Shown: positions 1-13,354 of the stretch, piece by piece
How the letters are laid out: each line of letters starts with the position of its first letter
Position numbering within the stretch: position 1 is the first letter of the stretch
Source of the DNA: Octopus sinensis
Taxonomy: Eukaryota
Direction of reading: 5' to 3'
NCBI RefSeq assembly: GCF_006345805.1
Contig: NW_021832279.1
Location: forward strand, 48,286 to 112,285
Length of the DNA: 64,000 bases
The notes under the pieces: generated by a model
Seen by the model: the letters and a program-made list of their open reading frames with translations, nothing else
What the model was told of the DNA's origin: nothing
Databases searched by the model: none
Position numbers and translations under genes: made by a program

Positions 1-325
1 TCAAGTCTCGGAATAAGGTCAACGAGCGTCTTGAAGACAGTTTCGGGATGACCTCCGAGGGTGCAGTCATCAAGGTACCAAACATTCAGCGGGGTTGAGC
101 AGTTCTTAACAATGTGATTAATTCCAAGGCAAAAGAGCACAGGACCCAATGGGTCTCCTTGTTGAACCCCCGAGGACGAGGAAATATGGTAAGGGCCATG
201 GACGAGGGTGGATGGTTTTGCGTATGAGCTGAGCACATAGTTGTATATTTCGGGACAAAATTCAAGACAGTTCTCCAATATAGAGTCGCGGCGAATGGTG
301 TTATTGGAAGTAAAAAAATTACTGT
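1..325 (-). mobile_element. CRE-like non-LTR retrotransposon RT fragment (runs off window start)
   Basis: Minus strand reads SSSSGVQQGDPLGPVLF..NVWYLDDCTLGG, the same motifs as the RT at 15867-16655; repeated at ~61090-61415. Confidence 0.8.
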
Positions 326-353
326 GCCGTCATCAGGTAAATAAAACGAAAAC

Positions 354-1768
354 TCAAATCAAAAACATAGAAAGTGAGTCCTTGTAGAGCACAACAACAA
401 AATATGGGAGTGCTAAAATGCCCTGAACGAATTGTTCAGAATCCAAGGAGGCAACATAAAGCTCTCCACTACAAGTGACTTGTTCTCCTTTTTTGCGGTT
501 GGTGAGAACCACGTCTTGGGACAAATCTACTCGACTGTTGTAAATCATGAGAGTTCGTCTGGAGTCACAAATAACTCCGTATTTCAAATCACAGGACACT
601 TGAGTAAACCTCCTTTCAGACTTGGACAACTCAACGTACGAAAATGCATCCAAAGTTGAAGAATGCCGCCACACAGAACCATCATAGCTGTACACGACTC
701 CATCCACGTCGTATTGAAGACATATCGAAGGAGTGTGAGGATTGTCTCTGCTCCATACCTGTCCCACAACCCGAGAATTGTTCACGTAATTCACTGTTGA
801 TTTCTCAGTCGAGCGAAGGTCCAGTCGTACAATAAACACAGTTTCAGGACATTCTGAATCCTCATCTTCCACAGCCTCGGGATTGAAGGCATCTCGGTCG
901 ATTTCCTTGACTTTTGACAAATCAGTCGAGTCGACAAAATGATAATCCTCGTCAGAACCAATCAACAAAATCCCCGGACTGTCGACATTTCCCTCCAAAG
1001 CCACATATTCCGGCATAGATGAGCCGCCTATTTTCCTCGTTCTGTCACAACTCCAACACGAATTGCTGTTTTTAAAATTTAAAGTGACAATTTCGTATTT
1101 TTTCTTACAAGTGAGTTGTGTTTTGTCACAATTAGGACATGCCAACAACACAATCTCAACTTGCAGACCATTTTCCCTGGAAATGGCAGCATATATCTGA
1201 AACTGACCAAGATCCAAATCTGTATCCAATTCATGATTATAAACCACCTCAATAACCATAAACTTGTACCTGCCATTTCATTTTAGACTGGTCAGCCCTA
1301 TTTCCAGTGGACAGCAATAAAATGTTTGTAGAATCCACGTTCACCACAGCGTACTGCCAGTCCGGAAAGATGAGCGACGTGTAGTTATCTGAGCAAATCC
1401 TCCTCCCCGTATACTCAGAAATGTCAAACTTTTCAGTAAAACAGTCAGAGGCATTTAAAGTGATCTAAAACTGATTCTTTTGTGGATTACTTGAATTAAA
1501 TTGACTTGCATGATTGTAAAGTCCTCGGTGATGTAATAAACCATTTCCTGGTTGAATTGATCGAGTATTAGCAAGTGATTTCTTGAATATAATTTTGTCC
1601 GATATAAGGAACTGTCAGCCATTTCTGTAAGGTCGTAGGTCAAAAGGTCTAAAAATGTGAATTTTTAAAACTTTTTTCGAGTTTTTGCTTGATTTTCTTT
1701 AAAACGTTATTCTTTAAACGATATCCTTGGAATTCATTATTTATCAAATTTCTGTTTGGTCTGAGCAT
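354..1768 (-). CDS. NUDCD1: NudC domain-containing protein 1 orthologue, with introns at 1649-1671, 1465-1490 and 1248-1269 (23, 26, 22 nt)
   Basis: N-terminal RNLINNEFQGYRL and EMVYYI; C-terminal CLQYDVDG, WRHSSTLDAFSYVELSK, VLTNRKKGEQV and VASLDS match remembered animal NUDCD1; removing the GT-AG micro-introns joins the ORF pieces in frame. Confidence 0.8.
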
Positions 1769-1849
1769 ACACTAAAAGAAGCCACAAGAACAATATAAAT
1801 ATATTGAAAATAATGAATTAAATACATAATAAAATAGTTTATTATCAGT

Positions 1850-2142
1850 TTAGAAATAATTTGATCTTTCTCTACCAGCATTTCTCTGTTCATGCCACTA
1901 GCTCTCTTGTCCATGAGATTCTCCAATCCGCTTTTGAATTCGCCTTGGACACTGTGTTCTGCTGTCAGATGCAGATCCCCTAATGAAGTTCCTGATGATT
2001 TGACCAAGGGCAATTGGACACAATTTATTCCTACCAAAAGTTCCTCAAGTGTAAACTCAATCAACACCGCCTGGCCTGTCTGCTTGCAGAGTCCCAAAAG
2101 TACCAGGAACCTGCCTGACAGCCATTCCAATGGAACCAGCAT
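1850..2142 (-). CDS. Possible small gene of unknown function
   Basis: GC-richer open frame (MLVPLEWLSGRF...) between NUDCD1 and RPIA; no recognisable motif; start and end uncertain. Confidence 0.25.
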
Positions 2143-2299
2143 TGCAGATTGAACATAATTTTCGTCATGTTTTTATCTCTTTAAAAATTTATGTAATTTA
2201 AAAAATAAAAATTCTGTGACAATTTATTTTTACTTTGTTAAAAAATTAATTCACCATGGAAAAAAATTATCATAATAAAAAAATAGTACACTTTAAAAA

Positions 2300-3077
2300 A
2301 TGAACGATGACGTTATTACTGACAATTATGAGTTAGCCAAAAAATCTGCTTCTACAACGGCAGTAAATACATACTTAAAAGTTTATCTTATAAAGTAATT
2401 TAAAATAGTCAGATTCAAAAGTTGGTCTTGGGACTGGAAGCACGGCTTATTACGTGGCCGAACATATCTCCCACCTTCTGTCAGAGAGAAAAGTCACAAA
2501 CCTGATTTTTTATCCCACTTCGGTCGAGGCTCATCGAGTTGCACGTGAAATGAACCTGAAAGTTGGGGATATTAACGATGTCGATTCTGTGGACATTACT
2601 TTCGATGGCTGTGACGAGTGCGATCAGAATTTGACTCTTCTCAAGGGAGGAGGAGGCTGCCATGTCCAGGAAAAAGTCGTGGGGTCGATTTCTAAATTTT
2701 ACGTCGTTGTCGGTGACTCGAGAAAACTTGTCAAAAGATTGGGCGAGACGTGGAAAAAGGGAATTCCCGTCGAAGTTTTAAAGTTTTGTGTTGACCTTGT
2801 TTCGAGAAGAATTGTCAAGGCTCTAGGAGGCACTGCAACGGTCAGATATACAGGAAAGGCAAAGTGTGGGCCAGTAGTGACGGATAACGGCAATTATATA
2901 ATTGATTGGGTGTTCCCGTGCGGGATTCATTTAGATAAAACATGGCAAGATGTTGAATATCAATTGTTGAACATTCCTGGTGTGGTGGGCACTGGGCTGT
3001 TTATTGGCATTGCTCATGTCGGAGTGTTTGCCGATTCTCTAGGCATGACATGGGATCTTAAAAGACCCGACTTGTAG
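2300..3077 (+). CDS. RPIA: Ribose-5-phosphate isomerase A; one 28-nt intron (2381-2408)
   Basis: KVGLGTGST, DGCDECD, LLKGGGGCHVQEK, GPVVTDNGNYIID and IPGVVGTGLF motifs; ATG at 2300 splices in frame. Confidence 0.93.
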
Positions 3078-3354
3078 TTTCACTGATTTGTTTATTATCT
3101 TTTATGTTTCTGTTACTTTAAACAAAAAGTAAATATTACTTGAAGTAAACTAAACTATTAAAAAAGCAACTAATCAAAAATAAAAACTTTTTGAGGATCC
3201 AATCAATGGTGAAGAATCGTCTAATCTAGAGAATCGTCTAAAAAAGGTTTATTTTGTAAAATTAGTTTTAAAACCATTTAATTTTGAAATTACTTCATAA
3301 ATTCGTTTTCCTTCTGGTATCAACGTATTCAACAAATGAATGAATTTTTTTATT

Positions 3355-6088
3355 AAAACGGAAAAGCCGAAACAAGAGAGAGAAAGTTAATGAGACAACG
3401 TATGCCTCTTCTCAGTTGTTTCCCTCTTATTTTTTTAATTCGAGATTCGAGAGGAACAAGAGAAATGGTTTGGTTCTCGTAAGGTCAAAACACTAAATCC
3501 GCGGTTCTCCGATAATCTGAGGAGTATATGACCGTCCGAATTTGTATTAGCACATCCGCACGATGTGTGTTTTGCGTTAAGGTCTCCTATTAGAATTCCT
3601 CTATCATTGTTTCGGAAAAATTCTTCAATAAGATTTGGATAATTCTTCATTGCTTTGGAGTACACAGCTCCTACAGATATCCATCCAAGGGATGTTAGTA
3701 GTTTCGATGTAATCAGTTCGCACAAATTTTGTTCAACGATTTTCAAGTCCCTCACCATCAGATTGTCTTTATAATATATTGATGTCCCAGTGCCAGCCAC
3801 TGCGTCAGGTCGCCATGGGATATCAATCGACTGAAAACCATGGATTTTGTGATGCTGCTTTCCCTTAAGCTTCGTTTCATTAACAACCAATATGTCCATG
3901 TTTACCGATCTAACCAAGTAGGTTAGCTCCGTAGCCCGTTTCCGAATTGACCGAGCGTTGATAAGTGTAAAAACGCTCATCTCGTGAAGTTTTGGTGACT
4001 GTCCTCCATAACGAACGGCACCAGTTCCAATAAATTTTTAAACGTTTTTTTAGTCGTCGTTTTCGATTTAAGATGGAGATCCTCCAGTTTTTCTTTTGAA
4101 TGTTCAATTGCACTTGTCTTTTCGTCTGCCATCAGTATGTTGCATGGTGGTTGTCCCTGGATTGATTTAAGAGTGTCCCCGAGTTTCAAAAATGCCATTC
4201 CTTTTTTGGATTGAATCATATATTCGGTTGTGTTTACGCCTTGTTCCAACTTTAATTTTGGTTTTTGCGTAAATATAGTGGGTGTCGCAATTTTCGAAGT
4301 GTTTGACATGAATTCATAGATATCCTCGGTCTGAACCTCAGCGTCCACGAATTTTGTACTTTTACTAAAGTTTCATCCTTTCCAGGTATTTTTTTAAACT
4401 AATAACGATATCTAAAAGTAAAAAGATAGCCAAGCTAATTAAAGGCCTCACGAGACACCCGGCCAGCCTCGCGAATGGCGAAGTCGTTCCCTCGGATCAC
4501 AGCAATCGACAGACGTTCCAGGAGCCAAGAATACTCTCTTGGATCGTGGCTAGTCCTTGAAATCCGTCGACCCAACGAGCGAAGGAAGCGGAGTGTCTTG
4601 GGGCCGAAGATCCAGGAGGACTCCACGGCAATTGGAGTAAAGAACAGCGAGTTGGAGAGGTGGCCGTACTTGAGAATCTTTCGCTCCTCGGCCTGCCTCG
4701 AAGCGTGCCCAGGATTGGCGCCGGACAGAGCGAGATTTCCCAGCGAGAACGTGTCCGAACAAGTAGAATCCCAAATAAGAGATTTCCCCTGCTCGTATGG
4801 GAAGGTGGACATGCCGTCAGGGCGTTTGCCATCCCCTTCATCCAATCCAACAGGTTCAAGGATTGACGGGATGCCAGCTGAAGCGAGGGCTCTCTGTATG
4901 ATCGAGTTGAGTTCACTGTGACGGGGGGCACAACCGGCACTCCGCCGGCAAGCGAGGGGGTGCAAACCGTACTCGTCAACAGTTCCCCCACAACGGCATT
5001 TGTGCGTCTGGCAGATTTTCAGCCCAACACGGAGGGAGATTGCAATTCTTAGGCATTCCTTGTCCACCAGGTTCCCGATAAAAGGGAGAGGGAGGACCTT
5101 TAACCAGACACCGCTGCCTTCGCAGCGACCTGCAAGGAGGCAAGCGACACGGTGTTGATTGGAGACAGGAAGGAGGCCTTCGAAACTTGCCTGACAAGAG
5201 ATTTCGTCCCATTGACGCTGTACAGATTGAGAATTGGGCAGCTTCGAACCAAACCGAGCCTTCCACCGACCACGGGCAGCAGAGTAATCTTCAGACAATT
5301 TCCGTTCGGGGAGGTTTCTAAGAACGATGGTATTTTGTACTTGCACTTTTCCTGTTTATGTTTTGATCTTTTTTTCTTGTATTTTCATTGCGGAAGACGT
5401 ATCAAATTTCAGTTTAGTAGACTGATCTGTAGTTTTCCGAGGTAATCTCTTTTAAGAAGCTCCTTGACAACAGGACATCCTCCGTAGTTGGCCATGTGTG
5501 ATGAGGATCCCCAGTTTATGCACTTGGTAGGGTAGTTTCCAGTCAGAGGGCATTCCGAACGGGTATGTGGGCCTTCACAGATGAGACATCTCACTTTTTC
5601 TTTGCAGAACTGTGAGATATGTCCAAAACGCTGGCAACGGAAACATTGCGTGTCTGGTTGTTTGTACCAACTACAGAAAATTTCGCGGAACCGGAGATTA
5701 GTTTACCCAGATACTTTACAAGTTCCTCGGTTCCAACCCAATTCGGGAAGTTTCTAAGCATTATCACGGACGCACGTGGCTTTGCCTCCTCGATTTTATG
5801 GCCATTTGGTCCAAAGGCCTGGGTATACGTACAGTAGTCAACAAAGGCCGAAAGATCCTCTTTACTTTTGAAATCCAAAACGTAGTCGCCCGAGTGACGA
5901 CGTGTCACTCGAGCCTTGCAAGCGATTTCGCAACCACAAAGTGTGTTTGCTATCTCAATTGAATCGAGCTCTGAGTATTGTACTGATAGTACAGAGGCCG
6001 AGATTGATGGCACGGAAGCCTGGATATTCGGGGATTTAAGATTCTTTTTGGATTTTGAATAATTCATTGTGAATTGTTATTAATATAT
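3355..6088 (-). mobile_element. LINE (I/Jockey-like) with gag-like ORF1 and APE endonuclease; RT deleted; interrupted by a CRE-like insertion
   Basis: Zinc knuckles CLICEGPHTRSEC (5409-5594); APE motifs INARSI, DILVVNETK, GDLNAKH (3435-3980); candidate 10-bp TSD TTTTTTTATT at 3345-3354 and 6089-6098. Confidence 0.75.
4393..5328 (-). mobile_element. 5'-truncated CRE-like non-LTR element (CCHC plus restriction-like endonuclease)
   Basis: CRCG..H, RHSELN, GDGKRPDG, WDSTC and IAVESS motifs; 8-bp TSD GGTATTTT at 4385-4392 and 5329-5336. Confidence 0.88.
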
Positions 6089-6461
6089 TTTTTTTATTTT
6101 GCTCACAAGAACACCATTCAACAAATAAGTTGTGTATGTTCGAGATTTTTTTTTGAACGTCAATGTCTAAATAACATTGGCAGCATTTATAGTAGAAGTG
6201 GGGAGTTTCAACTAAATAAAGTCGGCATTTCAAACAAAGTCTAGAATTTTAAAATCAAATAAACAAAACAATTAGATTTTAGACAAAACTTGAATCATAA
6301 TCAAAGATTCTAAAAAATGACAATAAATCTGATACTTTTACATTATTTAAATCATGTGTCTATATTATTGACACTACGCAATGTCATTGGTCGTTAAAAA
6401 ACATATGCAACAGAATAGGTCTTTACTCGGGACACTTTTTTGTTTTGATCTGTTCCATAGC

Positions 6462-7000
6462 ATGTCGAAATCCCTTATTAAGACACTTTCCAGTGGTTTT
6501 GAGGTCCTCATTAAGGACGACTGGCAATTATAAAAATGCTAGAGTGCGACTAGATAACGTTGACAACCTAGGCGACCTCAGAAAAATTACAGTGGATGTT
6601 TTTAATATGACGAAAGCAAAAAAATGATGGTCAAGAAAGTTTGGGTTTGATACCGTGCCTAGAAAATAGTCAACAAAATTATGTTCGAGGCCAAGAACAT
6701 TCCCGTATATGTAACAGAGTGTCGGGTCTTCACTGAATAAAAGATTTGTCATCTTTTCCAGTCTCTTATTATCACCTCGGTCAAAATCGACTCGTTTGAA
6801 GATTGAAGGGAATCCCGGTACCTAAACAACCCAAATAAAAGCGTCCGGCTTTATTTAGCAAGAAAGAGGGCGTAGATCCTTTTTGTCTACCGTGCTCTTG
6901 CAGCGTCATGGGTACGATGCGAATACATCCAAACTGACTCGCAAAACCACTTTATCCATATAAAGACGAGGGGAAAGCGCTGAGGTTATGATGCTTGATT
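6462..7000 (+). CDS. Possible unidentified micro-intron gene
   Basis: ATG followed by short GT-AG segments joining open frames (MSKSLIKTLSRTTGNYKNARVRLDN..KIVNKIMFEAKNIP); needs a homopolymer correction; product not recognised. Confidence 0.25.
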
Positions 7001-7144
7001 TTTTCCCTACATAAATGATTATTCCCTTTTTTGTAAATTTTCAAATCTCGTTTTTAATGCTATTCTGTGAAAATATTACTTGGCCTTTTTAGCTGAAAAA
7101 CGAATATCTTATTGATAGATTCTATTTAGCCAAGCAAAGCCCTA

Positions 7145-10100
7145 TTTCGGTTGAGTTAGTGACGCAACTCTATTGCACAAAGTCTTAATCACATATGAGG
7201 CTACAAAGAGATTTTACTTTGCTATCATTCAATGTCAGAGGACTATCTGACCTATCCAAGCGAAAAATCCTATGCCGGGATCTGAATGCATATGGTGCAA
7301 CTATCGGATGCTTTCAAGAAACGAGGTCAAAGGCGGGCTAGATGAGATACACAACGAGTATCGAATCATTCTCCTTCCATCAGAATCACGTCATTATGGG
7401 CAGGGGTTTGGCATTCATAAGACCTTTTGGAATTCAATTCACAAATACTACCGTGTGAACGACGCATATGTGTACTACAACTGAGACAAAAAACTTTGAC
7501 CAACACGGATCGAATAATCAGCATTATAAATGTCTACGCCCCACAAAGTGGAAGACTGAAGAAGAACGTGGATGAACTAGACTCTTCTATCACATGCTAT
7601 CAAGACCTACATGAGTATAAAAACATCCTTCCTTATACTAATTGCCGGTGATTGGAATGCTAAGGCAGGCAAAGGCCGTGGTGAAGAAGTGTTCATGGGC
7701 AGACATGGACGGGGATAAGAAATGCACCAGGTGAAATGCTTGTGAACTTCTGCAGCATATTCAAGCTACTGCTATGCAATACGGTCTTTCCTCATGCGGC
7801 ACGTCATAAACCACGTGGACCGGGACTAGAAGAAACAAAAATGGGGAGTACGTCAACATCTATAATCAAATCGATTATATCATCTGTAGACAAGAAGAAA
7901 AACATCGATTGCTGGATGCCAGGTCATATGGCGGGGCACTTACACTGAGCGATCACAAGTCATTGTGGCACGATTGAGACTGAAAAGAATTTTTGGATCG
8001 CCTCTTTCAAAAGAAAATGAATCAAACCGAATTAGATACTCAGTGGAAAAACTGATTACATCAGATGTTACCAAGGAAAAATACTCCAGGCAATCATCGA
8101 AAACCTAAAAGTAACAGAAACGGTAAAAGACCCAAACAAAAGCTGGGATATATTAGAAAAAATTATTCACAAAGCTGCAACGGAAACCATTGGAACGACT
8201 GCATTCAGAAACCACTCAAACCCATTGAATCCAAATGTTGCCGAAATGGCAACAAAACAAAAAGCCATCCACTGAAAATTGAAAACACCAACGACAAGGA
8301 GGCAAAGGAAAAACTCAAAAGAGAACGTAGGAAAATATCGAGAACAATCAGAAGGAAAATCTTAAATACGTGAAAGCTTTATTAAACTCTCGAATATCAG
8401 AAGTTGAAGACTTAAAGGATGGTGCGCAAATGTACGCAGCCATCAGACTACTACGCCGACGACAACAGAAACAAAACTGGTTGTGCACGATGAACATGGG
8501 AAAACAATTGGAAACCCAATCGAAATGGTAAATACAATCGCCGACCACTTCGAAATACTATTCAATGGCAGGGCCGATGCTCTCGATGAGGGTGAAGAAC
8601 GTTATCTAAACAACAAAATAACACACCTTGAAGTTTTGAAGGCTATAAAAAAATTAAAAAACAACCGTGCGGCGGGTCCAGACAACATCAACGGTGAATT
8701 GATAAAGTACTCCCCAATGGAGATCTCAACTATAATCACAAATCTCCTGAACGAGATGTTCCATGGAAATACCATACCGCCTATTGGGAAAGGAACGCTA
8801 ATTCCTCTCCAAAACCCAACAAGCCGCAAGGTCCTCTTAACAAACATTCGCCCAATCATACTCTTGAACACAATAAGGAAAATCTTCTCACTCGTAACAC
8901 TGGAACGTATTAAGGACCCTGTTAATGAATATCTGTCGGCTAGCCAAAGTGGATTCAGGCCTGGGCGATCAACTGCAGATGTAGTATGGGGACATAGATG
9001 GATCTGTGCCATATCTCAGAAATTTAAAATGGCGACCACAATATTGGGCATTGATATGAGCAGGGCATTTGATACAATCCGCAGAGACAAGCTAATGGAG
9101 ATCCTCAAACCATTCTTGACAATGACTCGATCAGAATGGTTCGAGCACTACTTATAGACACCGAGTTAACGGTGAAGATCGGACCCGTACAATCAAGATC
9201 TTTCAAAACAAGCATTGGAACGCCCCAAGGTGATTCAATATCACCTGTACTATTCATTGTCTATCTTGAAGCGGCACTAAGAGATCTGAGAAAACTAGTG
9301 AAGACTACTTCAATAACTGAAGTGATATATGCCGACGATGTAGACTTTTTGTCTCATGATAAGTCGACACTCGAAGAACTGCTGAACATTGCTCCTCATG
9401 CACTGGAAAAATGGTTCTTAAAAGTGAACATAGAAAAAAACCGAATATGTAACAATCAACCGGGAGGCAAATAGAACAGACGAAAAATGGCGAAACTCGA
9501 AAAAAGTTGGAACTCTTTAGGAGATAGTGAAGACATTATGAGGAGAAAGATGCTATCGACTGTTGCACTTAACAAACTGCGGACCACTTGGCTACGAAAC
9601 CGCGAGGTTGGAACGGCCTTACGTGCCAAATTATACAATGCTTTTATTAAACCCATACTTTTGTACAACGGAGGAACATGGGGAATATCTGAGTCTGAAT
9701 CAAAATCTCTTGATGCATTCCATAGAAGACAGTTAAGAATTCTTATTGGCATCAACTGGCCAAAGAAAATCAAGAACTCCACCTATACAATATCTGCAAC
9801 AGCAGACCCGTCAGTGTGGACATTACCGAAGCACGTTGGCGCCTATTGGGCCACATTCTAAGACTCGACCAGGATGTCTATGCTAACTGGGCAATGGAAT
9901 CATATTACGCAAAGGACGAAAGATCTGCGTCCCGAGGACGCCCACGAAATACATTACCTATTGTAATCTCAAAAGAACTACAACGCGTTAAAAGACAACT
10001 GAAAAATGGAGACGACCTAGATACTCTCAGGAGTATAGCATACAACCGCACATCATGGAAAATTATGACCGAAAAGATAGTCTCATATGTGGCACATGTG

Positions 10101-10154
10101 GGAACTTAATTAGTTTTAATTACATTATGTTCCTATGACAGTGCTAATAATAAT
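7145..10154 (+). mobile_element. Full-length but frameshifted RTE-like LINE (APE plus RT)
   Basis: GDWNAK-type endonuclease, QSGFRPGRST, GTPQGDSISP, YADD; (TAA)n tail; 13-bp TSD AAGCAAAGCCCTA at 7132-7144 and 10155-10167. Confidence 0.9.
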
Positions 10155-10526
10155 AAGCAAAGCCCTAATCGTGGATCTGCGCAATATTTAATCAATTACT
10201 TTTGAGACCATATTTAAATTACTTTTGGAAAGATAATTAAGAACACCGATTTATCACTGAAAAACTGTGATTCCTAATTTTATCGAATATTAAATCGCAT
10301 AATTGAAAAACACTATGAATACTGATTGAATTGACAATTTCATTGCACAAAATGTTTATTCTTCAAAAAATAGTCAGTAATTTTGGAGGTGTTTTTATCC
10401 CGTTTTTGCTTTTTATTACTTTTTCTCTTCGTATATTTTATTCGTGTTTGCATTCGAGTTTTTATATTCTGCCTTTTAGCAGAAGAACCAAAACATGCAC
10501 AACAACAGGTATCAAATCACAGTAAA

Positions 10527-13057
10527 TCAGTCAATACAATTCTGAGAAGTTACAGATCCTAATCGATATGCACGAATTCCCAACAATCGAAAAGACCTTC
10601 TAGCAACCCGAAGAGACAATAGCTGTCTTTGAACAACTCCAATACACGCAGTACTTATTACTGATAGATTTTGACCGTACGAGTGAATATTAATTTCTAT
10701 TCATTTAGAATTAACCAAAGAAATAGAAGAAAAGCGTTATGTGCCAGCGACAAGTACGCAGTCCGCGAACAATGACAGACCGATGCGCTGGCAAAACCAG
10801 AGGCCCTCTCTCGGGTCCTTGAGCCTCCTCCCAATGGACCTCATTGAGAAACGAGTCGATCTCCTTTCCCCCGGCTCCAGCGGTCTCCTGGGCGATTGGC
10901 GTAACGCGGTAGCGGTCCGCAAGCAAAAAATATTTGTGTAGTTTATCTTTTCGGCGTGGTTTGCAGCCGAACAAAGATTCGCAGCGGAAGAATGGATCCT
11001 CGACTTTGAAAAGGTATCAACAACGGTAACATCCCATACGAGGGCCTTCCCCGACGAGTACGAGAATATTGTCATCCCGTCAGGCCTTTTGCCGTCTCCC
11101 CGATCAAGTCCGACCAGTTCGAGGAGGCACGAATGGCCCGCCGATTCGAGACCGGCCTTCACGATTTCATTGAGGGCCTTGTGTCTGTGTTCCCTGCCTG
11201 CGCTCCTCTTGCAGGAAAGAGGGTGCAGTCCCTTTTCGTCAACGTCCTCACCGCATATGCAGCGGTGTTTTGCGCAAACATCCAGGCCGAGTCGGTGAGC
11301 GACTCCGATGCATATGGCAGCATCGTCTAGCCACGTCCCGATACTGGAGAGAGGGAGAGTATTTAGCCAGCTGCCAGAGTGAGGGGCGGACGCCGCACGA
11401 AGGCATACAGGCGGTGTTTGTCAAGGGTTACCGAGAGCTCAGACACACGCGCTCGCCACCCGATAGTGTCCCAGAATCTCCGATCCCAGGTAGTAAGCCC
11501 ATCCGACAAAGCACCGGCCAGGCAAGATCCGAAAAATTTGAGTAAGTTCTCCAAGGCCAGGTTGTTGCACATCGAAATGGAGGATAGATATGCCAGAAGT
11601 GCCAAATCGGATGCTGTACGGATTCCCGCACCTCCGAATCTCAGTGGGAGCGAGCATTGAGCCCATCCCGGAGCATCGAGGTGGACGTTAATGATGGATT
11701 CAGCAGCTTTTTTCAGAATGGCGTCGTATGCAAGGACCGAATTAGTCGATCTTCTGAATTTCCCTTTCTTCAGTTTTATGGACAATCCCCGTGTTTCGAA
11801 ATCTTCCTTAATCAATTCCTCATGTAGAATATAAGCAAGATATCCACATTTCGATACAAGATAATTCAGACTAGAAACGTCCGCTCAACACTAATCGACT
11901 TTTATTGACTTATTTTATTTTGTCGATACTTCGTTAGGCCAATAGCCGCACATAGAAAATATTCCACAGACTTTAGAGATCCGAATATAAAAGTCAACAG
12001 TCCTTTTTGACTAAGAATATCCCCACAAGTCCAAATTCCAATCCCATTGAGAAGGACTTTCGTCACTTTCCCAATTCCAGGCACTTTAAAAACTGGCATT
12101 TCAACCATAAATTCTCTAATCGAGGAAATGTTTGACTTGTTCAAAATATACTGCCCGTGCGGTTTATTTATTTCACTGCATATTTTGGGCAACATTGAAT
12201 TTTAAGCTATTCCTACTGAGGCTGTCAGCTGAGTGTGTTGTTTGATCATGAAACAAAGTTCTTCGGTCACATCGTCGACACCTGTGCCAAAATTCTCCAA
12301 ATACGATTCCCTTCAATGATAAACAAACAAATCTGACACGTGGTGGAATTGTTTGAATATAAGTTTATTTATAAATGACAAAAACAGCCTCCTAAATTGA
12401 AAGGAGCTCCATGAAATGTACGATCTTGGGAAATTGAATTTAAAAGGACTTGTAAATGGGAATCGAGTGAGAGAAGTGCTTCATCCAGACTGCCAGCATA
12501 AAAGTCCTTGACATAAGTTGAGAAAATAGTTATAATTTTGTGACTCTTTTTTTTATATATTTTGAGTGATTTGAAGGAATGATGACTAAATCTGGACAAA
12601 GTTTCTGTCCAATGAATCCAGCCATCCCAGCACGGGCACCAAATCTTCTTGCAATGTAATTCGACGTGACCAACATTGATATAGTTTTTACTGCACTGGT
12701 TTATCTGCCAAATCAGGACAGTCCAGCAATTCTACTGAGGCAAAAAATGAGTCGAGGTCGATGTGGAGAAACAACGAGATAAATCTGAATTTTCTTAATT
12801 TTCTCGATAAGCAAATCTGCCGAATTTTTGTCTTTTTGAATCATTTGCTCGGCTAATTTGTATTTTATAGTTTTCAGTTTATTAGCTCGTCTTTTTATGG
12901 ACTAACATCTCTCCTATTGGTTTATGTATTACTTTGAACCCCGAGAGGCTTCGAGAATAATTTCGTTTATTTTTTGAGGGTACAGTCCTTCCATTCCTGC
13001 TTTTGTGTCATTAATTTCCATCATGTTGCATTTACTTGATTCATTCCGATAACTCAT
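10527..13057 (-). pseudogene. POLK: DNA polymerase kappa (Y family), frameshifted and split by a retroelement
   Basis: NDTKAGMEGL..INEIILEASRGSK, LHIDLDSFFASVE, TSNYIARRFG, SLDEA, KVPGIGKVT and KSISVERTF; RLLGIR lies beyond the insertion; several frame breaks. Confidence 0.85.
10714..11738 (-). mobile_element. 5'-truncated CRE-like element inserted in POLK
   Basis: SLPLRFGGAGIR, GDGKRPDG, WDVT and PIAQET motifs; 6-bp TSD GAATTA at 10708-10713 and 11739-11744. Confidence 0.85.
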
Positions 13058-13354
13058 GTCCCTAAATTTACAAGACACAAATTGTTTTTTAAAAAATATA
13101 ATTAATTTTAATTAATAATAATTTAGTCTATATTTTAGAATCTTTGTTTGTTTTCATTGTTTTTTTTAAACCAGCACTAGAAGGAAGAGTAGTAAATACA
13201 GCAAAGTCTCTCATATCTGCCATTTTCTAATAATTGCCACCTTTTACAAGTTGCGAAAAACCGTCTTTGGTAGTAAATTGTAAAGCCGCATGGGATGGAA
13301 GATATATGACTTGACCAAAGTAGAATACCAAAAATGTTATTCAATTAAACAAAC

